Origin: Spirochaetales bacterium
Lineage (GTDB): Bacteria > Spirochaetota > Spirochaetia > Treponematales > UBA12059
Direction: 5' to 3'
Assembly: GCA_016928955.1 (NCBI GenBank)
Contig: JAFGJV010000012.1
Span: forward strand, 1-45,813
DNA length: 45,813 nucleotides
In this document: piece after piece, positions 18,570 through 27,218 of the stretch
Position numbering within the stretch: position 1 is the stretch's first letter
Layout of the letters: each line of letters opens with the position of its first letter
Position numbers and translations under genes: made by a program
Notes under the pieces: model-generated
Database searches by the model: none
What the model saw: the letters and a program-made list of their open reading frames with translations, nothing else
What the model was told of the DNA's origin: nothing

Positions 18570-19577
18570 ATGATCGGAAGGATATTCTGCGCGCTTTGCT
18601 CCGCCGCCGGCCTGGCGCTTCTTGCCTGGCTGTCCGGGGGACCGGCGGCCCTGGCCTGGGTCGCCGTCGGCGGGCTCGCCCTGCTTGCGGCCGCCGTTTA
18701 CAATCTGGGCTACTGGCCTCGACCCCGGGCGCGGGCGCCTGTGCCTCCGGATCCGTCTCGCGTTCGTTGGCCAGAGGCCCTGCCCCTGGAGTCGTTCAAG
18801 GGCAATAACCGGCTCCTGTTCTGCCTGCACGGCTTTCCGTCCACGCCCGCGGATTTCAGAAAAGTTGAGGCAGCGTCGAACCAGCGCGGCTGGGACCTGT
18901 ACGCGCCCCTTCTGCCCGGGCACGGCACCATGCCGTCCGACCTGTACGGCACAAGCTGGGACCAGTATCTGGCCTATGCCCTGGAACGTTGGCGCGAGCT
19001 CAGACCGCGCTACAGCCAGGCCTGCCTGGTGGGTTCGTCCATGGGCGGCTCCCTGTGCCTGGCTGTGGCCGAGGCATGTAGGGACGAGCCGGGGCTGACG
19101 CCCTCAGCCCTGGCCACCATAGGATCTCCAGTCGTGCTCAACTCGCTGTTCAGGCACGCCCTGGTCAAGAATCCGTTGATATACGCGTCGCGTAGCCTCG
19201 GCTGGATAGTGCCGGCCCTGGGCTCCGGCTACCCGGACCCGGACAGGCAAGGCGTGGACGGCGACGGCTCGTGGAAGGGCTACCTGGGCGTGTATCCCAG
19301 GCAGACCTGGACCCTGCAGGCGGGCCTCCGCACCGTGGAGCGGAACCTGGGCCGCGTGACCTGCCCGGTGCTGATATGCCACGCCACCGGCGACCGCATC
19401 GTGCCCTACCGCAACGCCGAGATCTTGGCCAGGGGCCTGGGGTCCGACACGGTGGAGCTGTACGCGGCCAAGATGGACACGTTTGACCACGCGCGCCACA
19501 ATCTCATCCTGTACGACAGCCAGCGCGACCGGGTATGGGCGCGCATACTGGCCTTCTTTGAGGAGACGCTTACATGA
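18570..19577 (+). CDS. Membrane-anchored alpha/beta hydrolase (carboxylesterase/monoacylglycerol lipase-like)
   Basis: N-terminal hydrophobic helices; LHGF oxyanion motif, GSSMGG nucleophile, GDRIVP Asp and RHNL His. Confidence 0.85.
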   Translation: MIGRIFCALCSAAGLALLAWLSGGPAALAWVAVGGLALLAAAVYNLGYWPRPRARAPVPPDPSRVRWPEALPLESFKGNNRLLFCLHGFPSTPADFRKVEAASNQRGWDLYAPLLPGHGTMPSDLYGTSWDQYLAYALERWRELRPRYSQACLVGSSMGGSLCLAVAEACRDEPGLTPSALATIGSPVVLNSLFRHALVKNPLIYASRSLGWIVPALGSGYPDPDRQGVDGDGSWKGYLGVYPRQTWTLQAGLRTVERNLGRVTCPVLICHATGDRIVPYRNAEILARGLGSDTVELYAAKMDTFDHARHNLILYDSQRDRVWARILAFFEETLT

Positions 19578-21553
19578 TAACGACGAACGACGCCTGGCTG
19601 CGCGACGAGCACGGCCGCGCCCTGATCCTGCGGGGCTGCAACCTGGGCGGTGACTGCAAACAGCCGTACTGGCCGGCCAACGAGCTGGCCCAGCGCGAGC
19701 GCTTTTACGACTACAAGGCGGCCAGCTTTGTCGGCAGGCCCTTCCCGGATGCCGAGGCCGACGAGCACCTGGACCGCCTGGCCCGCTGGGGCTTCAACGT
19801 GGTCCGCCTGCTCGTCACCTGGGAGGGGCTAGAGCCCGCGGGTCCCGGTCTCTACGACGAAGCCTATTACGACTACATAGAGCGCGTGGTGGCCAAGGCG
19901 GCCGAACGCGGCATACGCGTGTTCGTTGACCCGCACCAGGACGTATGGAGCCGCTGGACCGGCGGCGACGGGGCCCCCGCCTGGACCCTGGAGCTGGCCG
20001 GCTTTGATATCCGGAACCTGCACGCCTCTGGCGCCGCCTTTGTCCACGAGGAGGCTGGCGATCCCTGTCCCCGCATGATCTGGCCGTCAAACTATAACCG
20101 CCTGGCCACGGCCACCATGTTCACGCTCTTTTTCGCCGGTGACCTGTTTGCCCCCTCGCTCCGCATGGATGGGCGCGACGCGCGCACCTTCCTGCAGGGC
20201 AGCTACCTGGCGGCCGTGGCCCGCCTGGCCAAGCGCCTGGCCCGGCACGACGCGGTCATGGGCTTTGACACCCTGAACGAGCCCGGCGACGGCTGGATAG
20301 GCTGGTCGGACGCGTCGCGGCTGGTACGGGCCATGTCCAAGACCGGACCCATGCCCACGCCCTGGGAATCCATGCGCGCGGCCTCGGGCTATCCGGTGGA
20401 CGTGGACGTGTACGGCGTGCGCTGGGGCGCCCAACGGCCTGTCGGCAGGGCCACGCTGGGCCAGAGCGGCCTGTCGGCCTGGGCAAGCGGCCGGGACTGC
20501 GTATGGAAGCGGGAAGGCGTATGGGACGACCAGGACGGCTCCCCCGTCCTCAAGAAGCCCGGCCACTTTGCGTCCGCCGGCGGAAAAGCCGTCGAGTTCG
20601 AGAGGGATTGCCTCAGGCCCTTCGCTTGCAGGGTTGGCGCCGCCATGGCGGACGCCGCGGGCACCGGCCGCTATCTATTGTTCGTGGAAAGCGTGCCCAA
20701 CGTGGAGCATCCCCGCTGGGAGCCGGACGACGCGGCCGAGGCCCGGGCGGCCGGCATCGTCAACGCCAGCCACTGGTACGACGGACTGACCCTGACCCTG
20801 AAGCGCTGGACGGGCTTTCTGGGCTACGACACCGAGGCCGGGCGCATCGTGGTGGGTCCGGGGCGCCTGCGCCGCTACTTTGCCGAGCATCTGGGCAGGC
20901 TGCGCTCCCGCGGAGCCGCGGACATGGGCGGAGCGCCCACGGTGGTGGGCGAGTTTGGCCTGCCCTTTGACCTCAATAAGGCGCGCGCGTACCGCACGGG
21001 CGACTACCGCCTGCACGAAAAGGCCATGGCCGCGTACTACGACGCCCTGGACGCCAACCTGCTGTCGGGCACGGTATGGAACTACGCGGCCGGCAACACC
21101 CATGCCCGCGGCGACGGCTGGAACGGCGAGGACCTGTCCATATTCTGCCGCGACGAGCGCGACGCGGGTCGCTCGGAAACGGGTGAGAGCGCCGACTCTG
21201 GCGGCAGGGCCCTGCGCGGCTTTGCTCGGCCGTACGCGCGCGCGGTGGCGGGCACGCCCCTGTCCATGCGCTGGAGCGGGAGCTCGTTCTGGCTGGCCTA
21301 CGCGCCGGGTCCGGACCTTTCCGCGGAGACGGAGATATTCCTGCCGGGCTTCCAGTTCCCGAGCGGCTTTTCCGCCGAGGTGGAGAACGGCGCCCAGCGC
21401 GCGGAGGACGTGCCGGGAGGGGTCATCCTCTTAATCAGGGCCGACGCCCAGGACGCTCCGGTGCGCGTGACCGTGCGCCGGAACCGGCCGGCCTGGACCT
21501 GCCCCCTGGCGCGCTTGCGGAGAGCGCGGCGCTCGGGTACCATGCGTCCATGA
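19574..21553 (+). CDS. GH5 glycoside hydrolase, endoglycoceramidase-related/steryl-glucosidase-like
   Basis: LRGCNLGG, FVGRPFP, DPHQDVWSR, GDGAPAW, NEP acid/base, VGEFG nucleophile and WNGEDLSI motifs. Confidence 0.87.
   Translation: MITTNDAWLRDEHGRALILRGCNLGGDCKQPYWPANELAQRERFYDYKAASFVGRPFPDAEADEHLDRLARWGFNVVRLLVTWEGLEPAGPGLYDEAYYDYIERVVAKAAERGIRVFVDPHQDVWSRWTGGDGAPAWTLELAGFDIRNLHASGAAFVHEEAGDPCPRMIWPSNYNRLATATMFTLFFAGDLFAPSLRMDGRDARTFLQGSYLAAVARLAKRLARHDAVMGFDTLNEPGDGWIGWSDASRLVRAMSKTGPMPTPWESMRAASGYPVDVDVYGVRWGAQRPVGRATLGQSGLSAWASGRDCVWKREGVWDDQDGSPVLKKPGHFASAGGKAVEFERDCLRPFACRVGAAMADAAGTGRYLLFVESVPNVEHPRWEPDDAAEARAAGIVNASHWYDGLTLTLKRWTGFLGYDTEAGRIVVGPGRLRRYFAEHLGRLRSRGAADMGGAPTVVGEFGLPFDLNKARAYRTGDYRLHEKAMAAYYDALDANLLSGTVWNYAAGNTHARGDGWNGEDLSIFCRDERDAGRSETGESADSGGRALRGFARPYARAVAGTPLSMRWSGSSFWLAYAPGPDLSAETEIFLPGFQFPSGFSAEVENGAQRAEDVPGGVILLIRADAQDAPVRVTVRRNRPAWTCPLARLRRARRSGTMRP
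21515..21543 (+). promoter_or_regulatory. Promoter TTGCGG-17-TACCAT, 6 nt before the galU ATG
   Basis: -35 at 21515-21520, -10 at 21538-21543, ATG at 21550, no SD. Confidence 0.5.
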
Positions 21554-22401
21554 AAGGCATCATCGTTGCCGCCGGCTACGGAACGCGTTTCCTTCCGGTG
21601 ACCAAGACCGTTCCCAAGGAAATCCTCCCGCTGATAACCCGGCCGGCCATATCGTTTATCGTGGACGAGTTCCTGGCGTCGGGCATTGAGGACATCGTCG
21701 TCATATCGTCGCGGCGCAAGAAGGCCCTGGACGACTATTTTGACCGGGAGGCAGAGCTGGAGGCCGTGTTCGCCCGCGAGGGCAGGGCCGACCGCCTGGC
21801 CGCCGTGGCCCCGCCCAAGGCGCGCGTCAGCTACGTGCGACAGACCGAAATGCGCGGCACGGGCCACGCCCTTCTGCAGGCGGCTCCCCTCCTGGGCGGC
21901 CAGCCCTGCGTGGTGGCCTACCCGGACGACATACACCTGGGCAACCCTCCCCTTACCCAACAGCTGATAGACGTGTGGAAAAAAACGGACTGTTCCGTGC
22001 TGGCCGCCTGCCACGAGCCCGGGGACGTGTCCCGCTACGGTGTCCTGGACCCCGACCCGGACGGCCTGCACGTGCGCGGCTTTGTGGAAAAGCCCCAGGC
22101 AGGCGCCGAGCCCAGCCACGACATATCCATAGGGCGCTACCTGTACACGGCTGAATTCATGGGCGTGCTGGCCGAGGGCTGGGATGCCCACCAGAAAGCC
22201 GGCGGCGGCGAGTATTACCACCTGTTCGCCCTGGAGCGCATGATGGCCGCCGGCAAGGTGGCGTACAAGCGTGTAGAGGGGCTCAGGCTGGACACCGGCG
22301 AGCCGGCCGGTTACCTGGACGCCATCCTTGAATACGCATGGACCCAGCCTGACTACCGGGCCGTTGTGGAAAATTTCATGAAACGCAAGGTGAACCTGTG
22401 A
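21550..22401 (+). CDS. galU: UTP--glucose-1-phosphate uridylyltransferase
   Basis: AAGYGTRFLPVTKTVPKE, RQTEMRGTGHA, FVEKP and IGRYL motifs. Confidence 0.92.
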   Translation: MKGIIVAAGYGTRFLPVTKTVPKEILPLITRPAISFIVDEFLASGIEDIVVISSRRKKALDDYFDREAELEAVFAREGRADRLAAVAPPKARVSYVRQTEMRGTGHALLQAAPLLGGQPCVVAYPDDIHLGNPPLTQQLIDVWKKTDCSVLAACHEPGDVSRYGVLDPDPDGLHVRGFVEKPQAGAEPSHDISIGRYLYTAEFMGVLAEGWDAHQKAGGGEYYHLFALERMMAAGKVAYKRVEGLRLDTGEPAGYLDAILEYAWTQPDYRAVVENFMKRKVNL

Positions 22402-23318
22402 GCGGCCACGCGGCTGTGGGGCCCTGGCCGAGCTCCGCCATGCGCATGGCCACCCTGTACCTCAGGCTCAAGGGCAAGGCCATGGCCAGGCCCGAGCGCT
22501 TTTCCCGCGAGCTGGCCACGCGCAGCTACCCGGAGCCCGATCCCATATCCAAGAAGATCCACCAGCGCTACGCGATTCGCACCTACCATGTGGGCGGTTG
22601 GCCGGTGCTGGAATTCAGCCCCCGGGCCGGAGCCACTGAAAACCAGGTGGTGTTTGTCCACGGCGGCGGGTACGTGTTCCAGGCGGTCAAGCAGCACTGG
22701 TTCATGGCCGACGAGCTGTCGCGCGCCCTGGACGCCAGCGTGCTCATGCCCGTGTATCCCCTGGCGCCCGAGCACGGCCACGCTGAAGCCTTTGCCTTCC
22801 TGGACACCGTAGCGGACGACGCCCGCGCACGGTGTCCTGGCAGGCTGTACCTGGCCGGCGACTCAGCCGGCGGGGCGCTGGCCCTGGGCATGGCCATGCG
22901 TGGGCGCGACGCCGGGAAGCCGGCGGCGGACGGGCTTGCGCTCTTCTCGCCCTGGGTGGACGCGACCATGGCCAATCCGGAGGCCGCCGCGCTGGAAAAG
23001 GCGGACGTGTTTCTTGCCGTGCCACCGCTCATCGAGTGCGGGCGGCTGTGGGCCGGCGGGCTCGACACGGCGGCGCCGGACATCAGCCCCCTGTACGGCA
23101 GGCTGTCCGGGCTGCCGCCCATGGCAGTGTTCCAGGGTACGGCCGACATCCTCATGCCTGATAGCCGGCTTTTTGCGCGGCGCGTCCGCGAAGCGGGCGG
23201 CAGGATCGACTACCACGAGTACCCGGGGGCCTTCCACGACTTTGTGGGCGCCACCTTTGCCCCCGAGGCGCAAGACGCCTTCGCAAAGCTGGCCGCCTGG
23301 CGGACAAGCTTAGCTTAA
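22398..23318 (+). CDS. HSL-family esterase/lipase (alpha/beta hydrolase_3)
   Basis: HGGGY, YPLAPE, GDSAGG, SPWVD and GAFHDF motifs; start uncertain (GTG 22398 or a downstream ATG). Confidence 0.9.
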   Translation: MSGHAAVGPWPSSAMRMATLYLRLKGKAMARPERFSRELATRSYPEPDPISKKIHQRYAIRTYHVGGWPVLEFSPRAGATENQVVFVHGGGYVFQAVKQHWFMADELSRALDASVLMPVYPLAPEHGHAEAFAFLDTVADDARARCPGRLYLAGDSAGGALALGMAMRGRDAGKPAADGLALFSPWVDATMANPEAAALEKADVFLAVPPLIECGRLWAGGLDTAAPDISPLYGRLSGLPPMAVFQGTADILMPDSRLFARRVREAGGRIDYHEYPGAFHDFVGATFAPEAQDAFAKLAAWRTSLA

Positions 23319-23370
23319 GAACGGCACGGCGGCCGGGGCCCGAGCGTCGCCAGGAAACCAGCCTGTCTCC

Positions 23371-25851
23371 TCAATCTACGGTGATGGACTTGCTCACGTT
23401 CTTGGGCGCGTCGGGATGCACGCCGTGCTCGTCCACGCCCAGCTGGTCCAGGTACTCCATCTTGAGCACGGACATGCGGTAGGCCAGGTACTGCAAGGCC
23501 ACCGTGGCCGCGAACACGAACAGGAAGCGGTCCTTGGTGGTGGGCAGTTCCACGTAGTCGGAGTGGTAGCCGGGATTGTTGGCCGGCACGCCCCGCACGG
23601 CCAGGTCCAGGTCAGCCTGCTTTTCCGCGAACAGGACTATGGCCGCGCCGCGTATCTTGTGCGTGTGGATCTGGCTCACGGTGATGCGCGTGTCGCGCTC
23701 GTCAGGCGGGCACACGAACACCAGCGGGTAATCGGTAAAGAGGCGTTCCATGAGCTCGGGATGGGCGGCCAGGAAGGCGTGCCCGGCAGCCGCCTGGTCC
23801 CCGCCGGAGGGCAGGGCGGTGCCGGATGCCAGGGCCGCTCCCACGGCAAGTTCCAGGTCCAGGGGTGAGAACACGGTGTTCTTGCCCAGGATGGTATTGG
23901 GACCGTGCTTGAACTCGGCCGCGTCGTAGCCCTCGGCGTGGTTCAGGACCACCTCCCGGATCTTGAGCGCTCCCTCCCTGGCCAGGCCAAAGAGTCCCGT
24001 GCCCAGAAGGTGGACGGAAGGTTCCAGGAACAGGCGCCCGGCCACCCTGTCTATGGCCGGACCGGCCGTCCGCAGCGTGTCCTCCATGAGCCCGGCCATG
24101 GCCCGCACCTTGTCCATAACGGCCTGCTCGGGCAGGCTGAAGGACGCGGCCAGGATGTACAGGATAACCAACTGGTTGACAAAGGACTTGGTGGCCGCCA
24201 CGGCTATTTCCGGGCCGCAGAGTATGGGCAGGTAGAAATCAGACAGCTCCTGGGGTATGCGGGAGTTTTCGTTGTTCACCAGCGACGCGCGTCCGACCAG
24301 GGGTCTGCGTTCGGCTATGTCCGTGAGTATGTCCACCAGGTCCTTGGTCTCGCCGGACTGGGATATGGCCAGCACAAAGTCGGCGTCCGACAGGCAGTCC
24401 ATGTACGAGCCCCTGAACTGTCCCGGGTTGCAGGGATGGACGGGAATGCCGGCCAGGCCGCTGAAAAAGTATGCCGCGGTCAGGGCGGCGTGGTAGGACG
24501 TGCCGGACGCTATCATGTACACCGACCCGCCCGATTTGCGGCTCTCCCGTATCCTGTCCGTAAGCCCGCGGGCGTAGCGCGTCACCGAACGCCGCTTGCG
24601 CCATATCAAGGCCAGGTCCACAAGCGCAAGGTCCTCGGGCGAGCCGGGCGCCAGGCGGGCAAGCTCGGCCAGGAGCGTGGCCTCGTCCGAGCGGAAGCTT
24701 GTCCGTCCGGCCAGAACCTGCCTGGCCTGGGGCTCGGCCGCCGCCTTTGAGGCCAGGGCGCGGAAGTCCGCGGACGCCGACAACTCGGCCCAGGCGGCCG
24801 ACAGGGCCCGGTCGTCAGTGCGGGAGCTGAGGTCTGACGCCGTGTCGCACAGGCCCTTGGCCAGGTCTGCGTGCTTTTCCAGGACGGCCGCCAAGCCGGC
24901 CTCCGCGGCGTCCTGGAAATAGTACCGGATGATTTCCTGGACGTTTCCGGGGGCTGAGCGGATCTCCTGCTCCATGTAGTGCTTCCAGCGCGGATCCAGG
25001 GCCGTGTCCTTGACGTTGAGCCGCGAGCGCTTGGGCTTGGGCACGGAAAAGCGCGCTTCGTTGCCCAGGCTGAACACCAGGTAGCGGTCATGCGTGTACC
25101 ACAGGCCCTCGCCCTCGGACAGGGGTATGAGCAGGCGGGTCTTGGCCAGCACGGAGGTCAGGTCCGACGATACCACCACGAAGGAACCGTCGGCGTCCGA
25201 GCCTATGCCTGCGTACAGCGACGAGCCCGATTTGATGGCAAAGGCGCCCGGCACCCGGGGGTCGGCCACGGCTGCCGCGTACGAGCCCTGGGCCTCTGAC
25301 TCGGCCTTGCGTATGGCGTCGATGAGGATGAGCACATCGTCGTCCACGGGTTCATCCACGCCGCTGGACGCGTATGCGTGGCGCAGGGAGCCAAGGACGG
25401 CGTCCGGCTTGGCCTTGTTGGCCGCGTAGTGGTCCTCCACCAGGTGGACGATGATCTCGCCGTCGTTTTCAGACACCACGCGGTGGCCGCGCGCCGTAAG
25501 GTCTACCCTGAGGGAATCCGTGTTGGATATGTTGCCGTTGTGCGCTCCCACCATCTCCACCTTGCAGCGCACGTGGTGGGGCTGGCTGTTGGCGTCGGTC
25601 ACCGCCCCGTAGGTGGCCCAGCGCACCTGGCCTATGAAACGCTGCCCGGAATACGACGCTATGTTCAGCTCCTTGCATACCTTGCTGGGAGCGCCCACTC
25701 TCTTAACGAGGACGATGTTCCTGTCCTTGTCTATGAACGACGCACCGGTGGAGTCGTAGCCGCGGTACTCAAGCCGTTTGAGGAGCTCGGCGGCCTCCCT
25801 GCCTATGTTCTTGGTTTCATCCTTGTAGACTATGGACACGATGCCGCACAT
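23371..25851 (-). CDS. glmS: Glutamine--fructose-6-phosphate aminotransferase, extended (826 aa)
   Basis: MCGI N-terminal nucleophile; LEYRGYDS, RWAT, HNG, SQSGET, VAATKS, EGALK, EFKHGP and PKNVSKSITVD motifs. Confidence 0.9.
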   Translation of the reverse strand: MCGIVSIVYKDETKNIGREAAELLKRLEYRGYDSTGASFIDKDRNIVLVKRVGAPSKVCKELNIASYSGQRFIGQVRWATYGAVTDANSQPHHVRCKVEMVGAHNGNISNTDSLRVDLTARGHRVVSENDGEIIVHLVEDHYAANKAKPDAVLGSLRHAYASSGVDEPVDDDVLILIDAIRKAESEAQGSYAAAVADPRVPGAFAIKSGSSLYAGIGSDADGSFVVVSSDLTSVLAKTRLLIPLSEGEGLWYTHDRYLVFSLGNEARFSVPKPKRSRLNVKDTALDPRWKHYMEQEIRSAPGNVQEIIRYYFQDAAEAGLAAVLEKHADLAKGLCDTASDLSSRTDDRALSAAWAELSASADFRALASKAAAEPQARQVLAGRTSFRSDEATLLAELARLAPGSPEDLALVDLALIWRKRRSVTRYARGLTDRIRESRKSGGSVYMIASGTSYHAALTAAYFFSGLAGIPVHPCNPGQFRGSYMDCLSDADFVLAISQSGETKDLVDILTDIAERRPLVGRASLVNNENSRIPQELSDFYLPILCGPEIAVAATKSFVNQLVILYILAASFSLPEQAVMDKVRAMAGLMEDTLRTAGPAIDRVAGRLFLEPSVHLLGTGLFGLAREGALKIREVVLNHAEGYDAAEFKHGPNTILGKNTVFSPLDLELAVGAALASGTALPSGGDQAAAGHAFLAAHPELMERLFTDYPLVFVCPPDERDTRITVSQIHTHKIRGAAIVLFAEKQADLDLAVRGVPANNPGYHSDYVELPTTKDRFLFVFAATVALQYLAYRMSVLKMEYLDQLGVDEHGVHPDAPKNVSKSITVD

Positions 25852-25991
25852 GGGCTCCTCCTGGGTGTACGGAAACCGGCAAGGGTTGTCCGGCGCTTGC
25901 CCGCAGTATACAGGCGGCCTTGAGCCATGAAAAGCGGATAGATCGCGGAAATTGGCTGACAGGCCGGAACAGCGTGGCGTATACTGGGCCC

Positions 25992-27134
25992 ATGCTGTAC
26001 AGGAACTTTCCCGGCATGGAAGAAGCCCCCGTGTCCGCCCTTGGCCTGGGCATGATGAGGCTGCCGACTCTGGGTGGCGACTCCGCGGCCATAGACAGGG
26101 CTGCCGCCATGGATATCGTGCGGGCGGCCCTGGACGCGGGCGTCACCTACATAGACACGGCCTGGCCCTACCACCGCGAACAAAGCGAGACCTTTGTGGG
26201 CGACGCGCTGGCCGAGCTCGGAGCCCGGGAACGGGTCAGGCTGGCGACCAAGTCCCCCGTGTGGCTGGTCGAGTCCGAGGCGGACTGGGACCGCTATCTG
26301 GACACCCAGCTTGAGCGCCTGCGCACGGACCGCGTTGACTTTTACCTCATGCACGCCATGAACGCCGAGCGCTGGATCAAGCTGAAAAAGCTCGGCGGCC
26401 TGGAATTCCTGCGCAGGGCCAAGGCGGACGGCCGCATAGGCCACGCGGGTTTCTCCTTCCACGACTCCAATGCCGTCTTCAACGAAATCCTGGATGGCTG
26501 GGACGGCTGGGAATTCTGCCAGATCCAGTACAACTACATGGACGAGGACTACCAGGCCGGGCTGGCCGGGCTCCAGCGGGCGGCCGCCAAGGGCCTGGGC
26601 GTCATTGTGATGGAACCTTTGCGCGGCGGGACCTTGGCGCGCCTGCCCGATCCGGCGCTGGACATCCTGGCGTCATACGGGGTGCCGCGCACTCCGGCCG
26701 AGTGGGCTCTGCGTTTTGCCCTGGACAGGCCGGAGGTGGTGACCGTGCTGTCCGGCATGGGCAGTCCCGGCCAGGTGTGGGAAAACGCCGCCGTGGCCTC
26801 GTCCGCGCGCCCCCTGTCCGCCGAGGAACGCGCCGTCATTGCCCAGGCCAGGGACTGGCTGCGCTCCCGCCAGGCCGTGCCGTGCACGACCTGCGCTTAC
26901 TGCAAGCCCTGCCCGCACGGCGTGGCCATACCGGAAATTTTCGAGCTGTGGAATTCCGTCCGCATGTACGGCAACAAGGATGGCCCGGCGTCGTGGTACA
27001 AAACCGCGTATCTGTCCCATGGCAACGGGGCCGACGCCTGCGTGTCCTGCGGCATATGCGTGACCCGTTGTCCCCAGGGCATAGCAATACCCGAGCGCCT
27101 GGCGGAGGCCCACCGCGAGCTTGCCGGCGAGTAA
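25992..27134 (+). CDS. Aldo/keto reductase with C-terminal 4Fe-4S dicluster
   Basis: LGLGMMRLP, YIDTAWPYH, LATK, QIQYNY and MEPLRGG; CTTCAYCKPCP and CVSCGICVTRCP. Start MLYRNF at 25992. Confidence 0.92.
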   Translation: MLYRNFPGMEEAPVSALGLGMMRLPTLGGDSAAIDRAAAMDIVRAALDAGVTYIDTAWPYHREQSETFVGDALAELGARERVRLATKSPVWLVESEADWDRYLDTQLERLRTDRVDFYLMHAMNAERWIKLKKLGGLEFLRRAKADGRIGHAGFSFHDSNAVFNEILDGWDGWEFCQIQYNYMDEDYQAGLAGLQRAAAKGLGVIVMEPLRGGTLARLPDPALDILASYGVPRTPAEWALRFALDRPEVVTVLSGMGSPGQVWENAAVASSARPLSAEERAVIAQARDWLRSRQAVPCTTCAYCKPCPHGVAIPEIFELWNSVRMYGNKDGPASWYKTAYLSHGNGADACVSCGICVTRCPQGIAIPERLAEAHRELAGE

Positions 27135-27161
27135 GGAAACGGTAAACCCCGTAAACACCAT

Positions 27162-27181
27162 CCCCGCGCGGCCGCGCGGGG
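27162..27181. repeat. Perfect 20-bp GC palindrome CCCCGCGCGGCCGCGCGGGG
   Basis: Directly visible in the AKR-kinase intergenic region; no U-tract, so a terminator role is unproven. Confidence 0.6.
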
Positions 27182-27218
27182 GAGGCAGGGACGCTCCCTT
27201 CCGTAGTATAGTCGTGGT

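Noticed and set aside
21480..21553. Basic C-terminal tail of the GH5 protein as a functional domain
   Set aside because: It runs through the apparent galU promoter and looks like read-through into former intergenic DNA.
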